Assembly (NCBI GenBank): GCA_026395295.1
Contig: JAPLYZ010000012.1
Span: 1,299-65,298, forward strand
DNA from: Candidatus Staskawiczbacteria bacterium
GTDB lineage: Bacteria > Patescibacteriota > Minisyncoccia > Minisyncoccales > Staskawiczbacteraceae
Reading direction: 5' to 3'
Length of the DNA: 64,000 nt
Shown: positions 39,861 through 47,930 of the stretch, one piece after another
Numbering within the stretch: position 1 is the first letter of the stretch
Layout: each line of letters starts with the position of its first letter
Translations under genes and position numbers: made by a program
The notes under the pieces: generated by a model
Database searches by the model: none
Seen by the model: only the letters and a program-made list of their open reading frames with translations
What the model was told of the DNA's origin: nothing

Positions 39861-41821
39861 CTGTGAATGATTTGGGGAATGTGGGGATTGGGACAGCGGC
39901 GCCGACAGGAAAATTCAACATTGTTTCTGATGACGCTATAGATTCTGATCCTATAAGTTATATTGATAGGTATGCGGGAGCTAATGTGGCAGCTATTTCG
40001 TCAATGGTCTACCGTAAAGCGAGAGGAACGAAGTCGACACCAACAGCTTTACAATCAGGTGATAGTATTGGAGGTCTAGCCTTTAGAGGTTATGGGGCGA
40101 CTGGTTTTCCAAGTGCTTCCACTGCCTTAATTAGCAGTGTAGCTGAACAGACTTTTACAGACTCAGCGATGGGCACAGCGTTAGCTTTCAAAACCACTCC
40201 TCTAAATTCAATCACATCGACAGAGGTAATGAGAATAAATAACGCTGGCTTTGTCGGCATCGGGACAGCTTCGCCGACAAATATCCTTTCTCTCGGCGGG
40301 CAGTCGGCTCAGACTTTCTGGATGGAACGGGAAACAACCGCCGCCACTGCCGGAAACAATCTGACCATCACAGCTGGCGGAGCGAAATCTGGCGGGACTG
40401 ATCTAGCGGGAGGTAATCTGATTTTAACTTCGGGCGTGGCGACTGGAGCGGGAACTTCGCAAATCACTTTCAACACATATCCCGCCGGTTCCACAGGAAC
40501 AGCCGACGCGACAGTCACAACAGCTTTGCAGATCATGGGTGATGGCACGGTGAAGGCAAGCAATTCAAAATGGTTCGCTTCGGTGGACAATGCCGGCACA
40601 GGCGTTATAAATATGTTCCGCGATAACGCTTCCGACCAGATAGAGCTGGGAGCTACGCTCGTAAGCGGGCCAATCGAAGCTGTCGCGGACGCCGGAAATG
40701 TTTCCATATTTGATGAACCATTAACCTTGGCTACAGGGAATGGAACTGCTGTATCAGCATCTCTGCGTTTGGCAGAAACAAACATCTTATCTATTTCTGG
40801 CATCTCTGATGGCAATGGAGGAATCACAAGCCCTTATGTCGGCATCGGCACGACTACTCCAGGAGCAATGTTGGATATTGGTTTGGCAGGAACAACTTTG
40901 GGCACAATGCGACTTGAAGGAAACACTTCCGGCTATGTTCAACTGCAATCAGCCGCCGCGGCCGGAAGCTGGACAATGACTTTGCCTGCGGCTGTCGGAG
41001 GCGGAGCCGGATATTTACTTACTGACGTTGCAGGCAATGGCATAACTTCTTGGACTGCTCCCGCATCTTCGCGCGACTTAAAAGATATTGCGGGAACCGT
41101 AACCGACCCGACCGAAGCCTTGACTCAAATTTTAGGAACGCCAATTTATCGCTTCCACTACAAACCGGGCATGGGCACAGGCGACACAGCAACAGAATAC
41201 GTGGGCGTAATGGCCGACGAAGCTCCATGGGCAATGCACTACAATGGCGCAATAATCAACCCGGTCAACACCTTGGGCTATATGGTTTTGGGAGTGCAAG
41301 CTTTGTCAAAGGAAATCGCCGACTTGAAAACCCAAATTAACTCCGGCGCAGGAACAGTTGGAGATGGCACAATTAACGGGTTAGACCTTAGCAGTCCGTT
41401 TGTTAAAGAAATTAAGAATATCTTAGCTTTGTTGGGAATAAAGACCAACAAAGGCTCGGTGGAAAAAATACAAATGGTTGACCAGGCAACCGGAGATATT
41501 TACTGCACGTGGATTGCCAATGGCGACTGGCAGAAACAAAAAGGAGCCTGTGACGAAATTTCAAATTCCCAATTACCAATTTCCAATGAAAGCGGGGGGA
41601 CGTCCGACATCCCCCCAACTGAGAGCGCCCCAACGCCTGACGTTGTAGAAACTCCGCCAATTACAGTAATCGAAACACCAGCTGAAACAACACCAGCTCC
41701 GGAAATAGTTCCGCCATCGCCCGAAATTACCGTTCCTCCTGCCGATGTTGTTGCGCCTCCACCTGCTGAAACACCAGTGCCTGCGTCCGACGCAACGCCT
41801 CCTGGCGCAGATTCCCAGTAG
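39857..41821 (+). CDS. tail-fibre-like surface protein, part 2, with S74-type intramolecular chaperone domain and Pro-rich tail
   Basis: ATGA overlap with part 1. Three more GxVGIGTxxP modules, then SSRDLKDI...IYRFHYK...YVGVMADEAP...LSKEIADLKTQI (Peptidase_S74 pattern), then ~160 aa including a PT/PE/PV-rich tail. Confidence 0.7.
   Translation: MTVNDLGNVGIGTAAPTGKFNIVSDDAIDSDPISYIDRYAGANVAAISSMVYRKARGTKSTPTALQSGDSIGGLAFRGYGATGFPSASTALISSVAEQTFTDSAMGTALAFKTTPLNSITSTEVMRINNAGFVGIGTASPTNILSLGGQSAQTFWMERETTAATAGNNLTITAGGAKSGGTDLAGGNLILTSGVATGAGTSQITFNTYPAGSTGTADATVTTALQIMGDGTVKASNSKWFASVDNAGTGVINMFRDNASDQIELGATLVSGPIEAVADAGNVSIFDEPLTLATGNGTAVSASLRLAETNILSISGISDGNGGITSPYVGIGTTTPGAMLDIGLAGTTLGTMRLEGNTSGYVQLQSAAAAGSWTMTLPAAVGGGAGYLLTDVAGNGITSWTAPASSRDLKDIAGTVTDPTEALTQILGTPIYRFHYKPGMGTGDTATEYVGVMADEAPWAMHYNGAIINPVNTLGYMVLGVQALSKEIADLKTQINSGAGTVGDGTINGLDLSSPFVKEIKNILALLGIKTNKGSVEKIQMVDQATGDIYCTWIANGDWQKQKGACDEISNSQLPISNESGGTSDIPPTESAPTPDVVETPPITVIETPAETTPAPEIVPPSPEITVPPADVVAPPPAETPVPASDATPPGADSQ
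41066..41340 (+). other. Peptidase_S74-like intramolecular chaperone / autoproteolysis domain (internal)
   Basis: The Ser-x-x-x-Lys start SSRDLK (codons 404-409 of the ORF) through LKTQI. Motif order as in endosialidase and tail-spike C-terminal chaperone domains. Confidence 0.6.
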
Positions 41822-41831
41822 TAGGCATTAT

Positions 41832-42476
41832 ATGAAAAACAAAAATATGAACAAACGTTTTGCTTTTATAGATGTTCAAAATACAGAAACAACCACTCGT
41901 CGTATGCTTGGTTTTTCAGTTGACTGGATGAAGCTTTTTCAATTTTTAAAAAATGATTGGAAATGTGAAAAAGTTTTTTTCTATTCAGGCATAGATGCAG
42001 GGGATTCGGAAATGGAAAAAGAATTCAAAATTCTCTCGGACGAGGGATGCATCGTCAGGTCAAAACTTGTTTTTGCGTATAAAAACAAGAATAAAACCGT
42101 GGATGTCAAATGTCACAAGTGTGGAAGCGAGTTTGAGGAGGTTGTGGATATGGGATACAACCGAAAATCAAATTGTGATGTCGACCTGACGGTTGACGCT
42201 ATGGAGTGCGCCGGACTAAGCACAGAATTTTATTTATTCACTGGCGATGGTGATTTCGAGTATCTAATTAAAAAAGTCGTTGAGAAGGGAACATTTGTTC
42301 ATATTGTATCGAGCGCAAAAAAGGCGCAAAGCGGTCCCAGATATTCTGTGTCGAGGTTCTCCACAAAATTAAGAAAATTAATTAAAGAAAAAGGAAAGTC
42401 AATAAATTTTTTAAACATTGACAATCTAAAGTTCCGTATAAAAAAGGAAAAGGCCGCGAAGCGCGACCTTTTCTAA
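41832..42476 (+). CDS. NYN domain (LabA/limkain-type) putative ribonuclease with inserted zinc ribbon
   Basis: FAFIDVQN, CDVDLTVDAM and LFTGDGDFEYLIKK acidic motifs, with a CHKCG insertion. ATG 41832 is preferred over the tracked 41745, which reads through the fibre gene's 3' end. Confidence 0.65.
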   Translation: MKNKNMNKRFAFIDVQNTETTTRRMLGFSVDWMKLFQFLKNDWKCEKVFFYSGIDAGDSEMEKEFKILSDEGCIVRSKLVFAYKNKNKTVDVKCHKCGSEFEEVVDMGYNRKSNCDVDLTVDAMECAGLSTEFYLFTGDGDFEYLIKKVVEKGTFVHIVSSAKKAQSGPRYSVSRFSTKLRKLIKEKGKSINFLNIDNLKFRIKKEKAAKRDLF

Positions 42477-42543
42477 GGATATTGTAATGTTATCAAATAT
42501 AAAACGAATGTCAAGTCTAATTATTCACAGCTCTGTTTCTCAA

Positions 42544-44418
42544 ATGAAAAAAATTTTATTTATCACAATTCTAACTTTGCTTTTAGCCCCTTCTGTCTTT
42601 TGCCATGCCGCGCAGATAGGGAACTTGGAAAAGGGTTTGGTGGGGCATTGGGCATTGGACAATATCACCAAGGCGAGAGACCTGTCGCCGTACGGCAATA
42701 ACGGCACAGGCGCGGGTGGCATAACCATAGGCGGAGCCACCGACCAGCACGGGCAAGCCAATAAGGCGACGACATTCACAGCGGCGAGTAGTCAGTATGT
42801 GGATGTTGGAGCTGGTTCAAAGTTTAATTTTGAAAGAACTAATCCATTTAGTATCGGTTTTTGGGCGAAAACAAGCACAGCTGCTATCCAGCGTCCTGTA
42901 AGCAAATTTGATACTTCGGGAAATTATTTCAGAGGATATGGAATCCAACTTGCTAGCACAATTACACAATTTCAGATTGTTAACACTTGGAGTACCAATG
43001 TTCTTGATGTCTATACATCGGATTCTATTACGAATGGGAATTGGCATTATGTTGCGGTAACTTATGACGGTAGTTCAACTGCGGCAGGAGCAAAAATATA
43101 TATTGACGGAACTTCTCGTTCATTGGCCACAGCGCATGATACTTTATCTGCAACTATACAAAATAGTATTTCATTACAAATGGGAGGTTCTTCTCCTACC
43201 AACAGGCAATACTTCAATGGCTCCCTCTCCGACGTCCGCATCTACAACCGCGCTTTGTCATCGGCGGAAGTTACCCAGCTCTATAATTCCTACCGTCCAC
43301 AAGTCCAAGTATCAAAAAATCTTGTGACTAATGGGAGTTTTACAAGTAGCACAACCGGCTGGACGGCGAGCAGTGCGAGTTTAGCGAGTGTGGCTGGTGG
43401 ACAATCAGGAAACGCTTTACAGATTACAAATACAACAGCTAATTCAGGATATGCTTATCAAACATTTTCAGGAGTAGCAGGGCAGATTTATCAAATAAGT
43501 TTTGGTGAGAAAAAGGGCACAGGAGCTTCTGGATGGATTTCTGTTGGAACTCTTCCAGGAGCTTATGATATTGTCGGGAATCAAGGATCTTTTGGTAATA
43601 CTAATTGGAATTTAAGAACTTTTACTTTTAAAGCGCCTACAACAAGAAGTTATTATCTTAATTTGTGGGTCAATACCATTGTTCAAAATGATACTTATCT
43701 CTTTGACGAAATCACCGTTACCGCTCCGAAAATCTCCACTGGCTCTCTACAGAAAGGTTTGGTCGGCTGGTGGAAATTGGACAATATCACAGGAGCGAGA
43801 GACAAGTCGGCGTATGGCAACAATGGCACAGGCGCAGGAGGCATAACCATAGGTGGAGCGACCGACCAGCACGGGCAAGCAGGCAAAGCGACGACATTTA
43901 ATGGGACGAGCCAGTATATTACTACCGCATCATCACCCGTTACTTCTACTAATTCCGCCTTTTCAGTATCAACTTGGGTAAATGCAACAACATTTTTGTC
44001 AATTAGTGGCGCTAATCGTAGGATATTGTCTGATGACATTAATGCAAATACGGCATTTCAATTAACTTTGAATACTGCTACTCTTGGTTATCAAAATGTA
44101 TTTACTTTTGTTGTTTATAAAAATGGAACGGAATATACAAAATTTACCACACCAGTTTGGAATACAAATACTTGGTATCATGTTGTCGCAGTATGGGACG
44201 GCAATGCTCATGTAATTTATGTCAATGGAGTTTCTCAAGCATTGACTTCTGATTCAGGTCTTTCAAAAGGAACCGCTGATAGTAAATTGCATATAGGAAG
44301 TCGCAATGGTAGTCCTAATACAGGATTTTTCTCCGGCTCCCTCGCCGACGTTCGCATCTACAACCGCGCTTTGTCAGCGGCGGAAGTCCTCTTGCTTTAT
44401 CAGGGGTATGGGAACTGA
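42544..44418 (+). CDS. secreted protein with two LamG (Laminin_G_3 / concanavalin-like lectin) domains flanking a CBM-like middle domain
   Basis: Signal peptide MKKILFITILTLLLAPSVFCHA. Two copies of GLVG.W.LDNIT.ARD.S.YGNNGTGAGGITIGGATDQHGQ...KATTF, each domain ending GSL(S/A)DVRIYNRALS(S/A)AEV. Confidence 0.75.
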   Translation: MKKILFITILTLLLAPSVFCHAAQIGNLEKGLVGHWALDNITKARDLSPYGNNGTGAGGITIGGATDQHGQANKATTFTAASSQYVDVGAGSKFNFERTNPFSIGFWAKTSTAAIQRPVSKFDTSGNYFRGYGIQLASTITQFQIVNTWSTNVLDVYTSDSITNGNWHYVAVTYDGSSTAAGAKIYIDGTSRSLATAHDTLSATIQNSISLQMGGSSPTNRQYFNGSLSDVRIYNRALSSAEVTQLYNSYRPQVQVSKNLVTNGSFTSSTTGWTASSASLASVAGGQSGNALQITNTTANSGYAYQTFSGVAGQIYQISFGEKKGTGASGWISVGTLPGAYDIVGNQGSFGNTNWNLRTFTFKAPTTRSYYLNLWVNTIVQNDTYLFDEITVTAPKISTGSLQKGLVGWWKLDNITGARDKSAYGNNGTGAGGITIGGATDQHGQAGKATTFNGTSQYITTASSPVTSTNSAFSVSTWVNATTFLSISGANRRILSDDINANTAFQLTLNTATLGYQNVFTFVVYKNGTEYTKFTTPVWNTNTWYHVVAVWDGNAHVIYVNGVSQALTSDSGLSKGTADSKLHIGSRNGSPNTGFFSGSLADVRIYNRALSAAEVLLLYQGYGN

Positions 44419-44467
44419 GTGCGCGTATGTTTGTATATTGTATTTAGTATATTGTATATTGGGTTAA

Positions 44468-44842
44468 ATGATTGAGGAAAATAAACAAAAAATTAAATCT
44501 TTTACAGATCTAAACGCGTGGAAAGAAGGACACTGTTTAGTTTTATTGATTTATAAGTTAATTAGCAGTTTTCCCCAAGAGGAAAAATTTGCTCTTGCAG
44601 ATCAAATGAGACGATGTGTGACTTCTGTAACTTCAAATATAGCAGAGGGATTTTCAAGACAGTCCAAAAAAGAGAAATTACAATTTTATTCGATATCAAA
44701 AGGGTCTCTAACCGAACTTCAAAATCAGTTAATAATTGCAAGAGATGTAAGATATATTTCAGAGGTAACTTTCGGAGAGACAATAGAAAAAATAACGGCA
44801 GTCGGTCGCCTTTTAACGGGACTTATTCAATACTTGCGTTAA
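44468..44842 (+). CDS. four-helix-bundle protein (23S rRNA intervening-sequence-type)
   Basis: SFTDLNAWKEGHCLVLLIYKL...FPQEEKFALADQMRRCVTSVTSNIAEGFSRQSKKEKLQFYSISKGSLTELQNQL, the canonical TIGR02436-type pattern. Confidence 0.8.
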   Translation: MIEENKQKIKSFTDLNAWKEGHCLVLLIYKLISSFPQEEKFALADQMRRCVTSVTSNIAEGFSRQSKKEKLQFYSISKGSLTELQNQLIIARDVRYISEVTFGETIEKITAVGRLLTGLIQYLR

Positions 44843-44905
44843 TCTATGCAAACATACAAAATACAACATACAAAATACGATATACGACATACGATATACA
44901 TAGTA

Positions 44906-47215
44906 ATGTTGTTTTTGCTAACAATGCCGGTTTTTGCGTTTGCTTCGGCAACACATGGAACAATTGATGACGTTTATAAATATGCATGGGCTGATAAAGC
45001 AGGCTGGATTAATTTTGGCGCAACGCACGGTGGAGTTGCTGTAACCGACGACGGTTTGTTGGGTTATGCATGGAGTGAAAATTTTGGATGGATAAATTTA
45101 AGCCTAGCAGGCAATGGCGTAAAAAATAATGGAGAGGGCGTTCTTTCAGGCTACGCCTGGGGAGACAACACCGGCTGGATAAATTTTTCCGGAGTTGTAA
45201 TTGATGATTTAGGAAAGTTTTCCGGAACAGCTTCGGGAGACATTACCGGAACTGTTAATTTTAATTCTGCCGAATGTCCAAATTGCCATGTTGCCACTGA
45301 CTGGAGGCCAAAACGGGTTAGGGGAGGAGCGTTACCTCCAAGCGTCTTATCTTTGCCCAGCACTCCAGCTTCCGGTTTTAGTATTTTAATAAACAACGGA
45401 CAAACATACACAAACAATCCTCTGGTAATGCTTCAGTTAAATGCCGGCGCTGACGTAAAAACAATGGTAATATCCGAGTCGCCAAATTTTGAAAACGCGG
45501 GGCAGGAAAATTATCAAGTGGCAAAAAATTACACTTTGAGCCAGGGAGACGGACAAAAAACTATTTACGTTAAATTTTACACGCAATATGGACAGCCGTC
45601 GCAGGTTGTGCAAAGCAGTATTATTTTAAAAACCCAGCCTCCGGAAATAAAAATAACCTCTGTTAAAAATTTATACAACGCCGACGAAGAGGTTGTTTTA
45701 AGCGGAATAACCAGCGCTAATGCCGAGGTTTCTTTCTATTTAGACCAAAGATATGGTTCTTTCCAGGCTGATGCCAGCGGAAGTTGGCTGATAACTTTGG
45801 GAAAAATGAGCTCGGGCGCGCACAAACTGGAAATGACTGCCCACGACCTTGCCGGAAACAACAGCCAGCCATTGGCAGTTGAATTTTCCGTGGGGGCAAC
45901 AACCGTGGCACAAACTCCATTGCCTTTGCTGGGTCGGGCGTTAGAACCAATTTTAAGGCAATTAGAAAATGGCGTGGCTCCTTTTGTGGCGCAGTTTTTT
46001 CCTCGTAAACAAGTTCCGGTTGCAGTAGTAACAGTTCCTAAAATTCCGCCAATGGCTTTAAGTTCAAAGTGGAATATTTTTCCAACAAAACCGGTTCAGT
46101 TGTTTGTTTTGGCTCCTTTGCCGGCGGAAATAAATGTTTTAGCGGAAAAATTTCCGAGCGTTCAGAAGACTTTCAGCGAAGTGGGAATTTCAAAAATTAC
46201 TGACATTGAAAAATTAAAAAATACAAAATTAAATTTACCGGGGCTAAGTCAGTTTATTGGATTGGAACCAACAGAAGTTGCGCCGGGAAAATTCGCTCCT
46301 TTGGCAGGTATTAAAATTGCCGATTTGCCCGCTGAGTTAAAACAGCAAATTCCTTCCGACATTGCTTTTACGCGAGTTGGCGGGGGCCTGATTGATGTCA
46401 GTACAGGGTTGTCTGTAAACAACCAGGGAAGTCCCAGCCAAACAATTGAGACCACCTCGGGAGCCTCGCTTGAGTTTATAGTGAAGGTGGACGCGCCGGC
46501 AAATAAGGTCACAGGATATATTGTTTTTACTTCAAGGAAGCCACAAACGTTGTCCAAAAATATTCCCATGAATTATTTGACGGCTTCTTTATCTTTTGCC
46601 CCGCCAAATTTTGCTAAGGCTCAAACTAAGCCGGTTGAGGTTGAAGAAAAAATGGTCTTATCTAAATTTGAATATCACAATACCGGCAACGGAGTTTACA
46701 CTGCCATGGTTCAGGCGCCAACAGTTTCAGGGCAGTACGAAATAATTACAGTGGTTGATTATAAAGACATAAAGGTGGGGTCAAAAGAATTAAGGCTGGT
46801 CACTGTTGTTGACCCGGAAGGCTATGTTTATGAAAAAAAAGGCGACAAAGAAACAAGAATTGGCGGAGCGGTAGCGTCGCTTTATTGGTTAAATCCAAGC
46901 ACTAAAAAATATGAACTTTGGCCTGCAAAAACTTTTCAGCAAGATAATCCGCAGGTTACCGATGTAAGCGGGACATATTCGTTTTTAGTGCCCGAGGGCT
47001 ACTATTATCTAAAGGTCGATGCCCCGGGCTATTTGAGTTATGAGGGAGAGCCAATTCAGGTAAAATCGGGAAGCGGCGTGCACGTTAATGTTGAATTGAA
47101 AACCAAGTATTGGTTTTTACAACTGATAGATTGGAAAACCATTCTGTTGATAGCAGTTGTGCTTTTACTATTATACAATTTTTATCAGGATAAAAGACGC
47201 CAGATAGCTCAATAA
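44906..47215 (+). CDS. large surface protein (GWINF repeats, Ig-like region, carboxypeptidase-regulatory-like domain, C-terminal TM anchor)
   Basis: Signal MLFLLTMPVFAFASA. Three YAW...GWIN(F/L) repeats and DPEGYVYE...TDVSGTYSFLVPEGYYYLKVDAPGY (CarboxypepD_reg-like). C-terminal TM WKTILLIAVVLLLLYNF. The tracked start 44846 lies in the atac-word repeat. Confidence 0.7.
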   Translation: MLFLLTMPVFAFASATHGTIDDVYKYAWADKAGWINFGATHGGVAVTDDGLLGYAWSENFGWINLSLAGNGVKNNGEGVLSGYAWGDNTGWINFSGVVIDDLGKFSGTASGDITGTVNFNSAECPNCHVATDWRPKRVRGGALPPSVLSLPSTPASGFSILINNGQTYTNNPLVMLQLNAGADVKTMVISESPNFENAGQENYQVAKNYTLSQGDGQKTIYVKFYTQYGQPSQVVQSSIILKTQPPEIKITSVKNLYNADEEVVLSGITSANAEVSFYLDQRYGSFQADASGSWLITLGKMSSGAHKLEMTAHDLAGNNSQPLAVEFSVGATTVAQTPLPLLGRALEPILRQLENGVAPFVAQFFPRKQVPVAVVTVPKIPPMALSSKWNIFPTKPVQLFVLAPLPAEINVLAEKFPSVQKTFSEVGISKITDIEKLKNTKLNLPGLSQFIGLEPTEVAPGKFAPLAGIKIADLPAELKQQIPSDIAFTRVGGGLIDVSTGLSVNNQGSPSQTIETTSGASLEFIVKVDAPANKVTGYIVFTSRKPQTLSKNIPMNYLTASLSFAPPNFAKAQTKPVEVEEKMVLSKFEYHNTGNGVYTAMVQAPTVSGQYEIITVVDYKDIKVGSKELRLVTVVDPEGYVYEKKGDKETRIGGAVASLYWLNPSTKKYELWPAKTFQQDNPQVTDVSGTYSFLVPEGYYYLKVDAPGYLSYEGEPIQVKSGSGVHVNVELKTKYWFLQLIDWKTILLIAVVLLLLYNFYQDKRRQIAQ

Positions 47216-47235
47216 TAACGTAACACAATAAAAAA

Positions 47236-47598
47236 ATGATAACCAAAAAGACAATTTTAACAGCAGTGATAGGAATTTTAGTCGCCGGTAATATATTGCT
47301 TGGCGTGGAGTTTTTTATTTCTCAGCAAGAATTAAAAATAGCTGAAAAAAGTGTTAGCGCCCAGCAAAATAGCGCCAAGGTTCTGCAATTTACAAACCTT
47401 TTTATAGAAAAAGTTTTGAAAGCGCAGGCAGAAATTTCTTTTGAGGATAGGTTGAAGTTAGAGAATTCCGTCAGAGATTTGAAAGATCCGGAAATTCTCG
47501 CCCAGTGGCAGAAATTTACCGCAAGCCAAACACAACAAGATGCTCAGCAGGAAGTTAAGAATTTGCTTGAACTTTTAGTCAAAAAAATTCCATTATAA
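47236..47598 (+). CDS. small membrane-anchored hypothetical protein
   Basis: N-terminal TM helix plus a helical ectodomain. No family recognised. Confidence 0.45.
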   Translation: MITKKTILTAVIGILVAGNILLGVEFFISQQELKIAEKSVSAQQNSAKVLQFTNLFIEKVLKAQAEISFEDRLKLENSVRDLKDPEILAQWQKFTASQTQQDAQQEVKNLLELLVKKIPL

Positions 47599-47660
47599 AA
47601 AAACTCCGCAGATTTTAGTTGCTTTTAGCTGGCAATTAAAACCCGCGGAGTTTTTTTAAT

Positions 47661-47731
47661 TCGGGGAAGGGAGAATCGAACTCCCACCGCACGCACCCCA
47701 TGCGTGAATCCTGCCGTTGGACCATTCCCCG
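47661..47731 (-). tRNA. tRNA-Pro (anticodon GGG)
   Basis: The reverse complement folds with acceptor cggggaa/ttccccg, anticodon stem cacgc/gcgtg with loop atGGGgt (G37), and T-arm gggag-ttcgatt-ctccc. Confidence 0.9.
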
Positions 47732-47744
47732 AGGCAGGGAAGAG

Positions 47745-47930
47745 TTATATTTTAGCGGTGCGTTTAATACACTTAGCGCATGCGAGCACTCTTTTGCCGG
47801 AAGGTAATTTAACCCATTGAAGATTTGGGTATTTTCTTACTCTTGAGGTTGGGTTATATTTTCCTCTTAGTTTTACGAGGGTTACGCCCATTGCTGAATG
47901 TTTCCCGCAAATTGTACAAATTTTTTCCAT
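47745..47930 (-). CDS. rpmB: 50S ribosomal protein L28 (zinc-binding form)
   Basis: MEKICTICGKHSAMGVTLVKLRGKYNPTSRVRKYPNLQWVKL...CAKC. Internal ATG at 47930 is preferred over the tracked start at 48023. Confidence 0.85.
   Translation of the reverse strand: MEKICTICGKHSAMGVTLVKLRGKYNPTSRVRKYPNLQWVKLPSGKRVLACAKCIKRTAKI

Noticed and set aside
41745-41831. N-terminal 29 codons of the tracked ORF 41745-42476
   Set aside because: This stretch is the out-of-frame reading of the Pro-rich 3' end of the fibre gene. The NYN domain begins right after the Met at 41832, which sits 10 nt past the fibre stop.
42631-44390. DGR (diversity-generating retroelement) template/variable repeat pair in the LamG gene
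   Set aside because: The differences between the two repeats are not adenine-specific and both copies are in coding frame of one protein. No reverse transcriptase or accessory gene is present in the window. An internal domain duplication explains it.
37577-47215. Prophage
   Set aside because: Only fibre-like and S74-chaperone modules are phage-like. There are no capsid, portal, terminase, tail-tube, lysis or integrase genes and no att repeats. The fibre protein has an N-terminal membrane anchor, which indicates a cellular surface structure.
47604-47657. Candidate bidirectional terminator aaaaactccgc...gcggagttttttt between 47236-47598 and tRNA-Pro
   Set aside because: It is not listed as a feature because the 6-bp core stem encloses a ~35-nt loop, so stability is doubtful. 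It is plausible but weakly supported.
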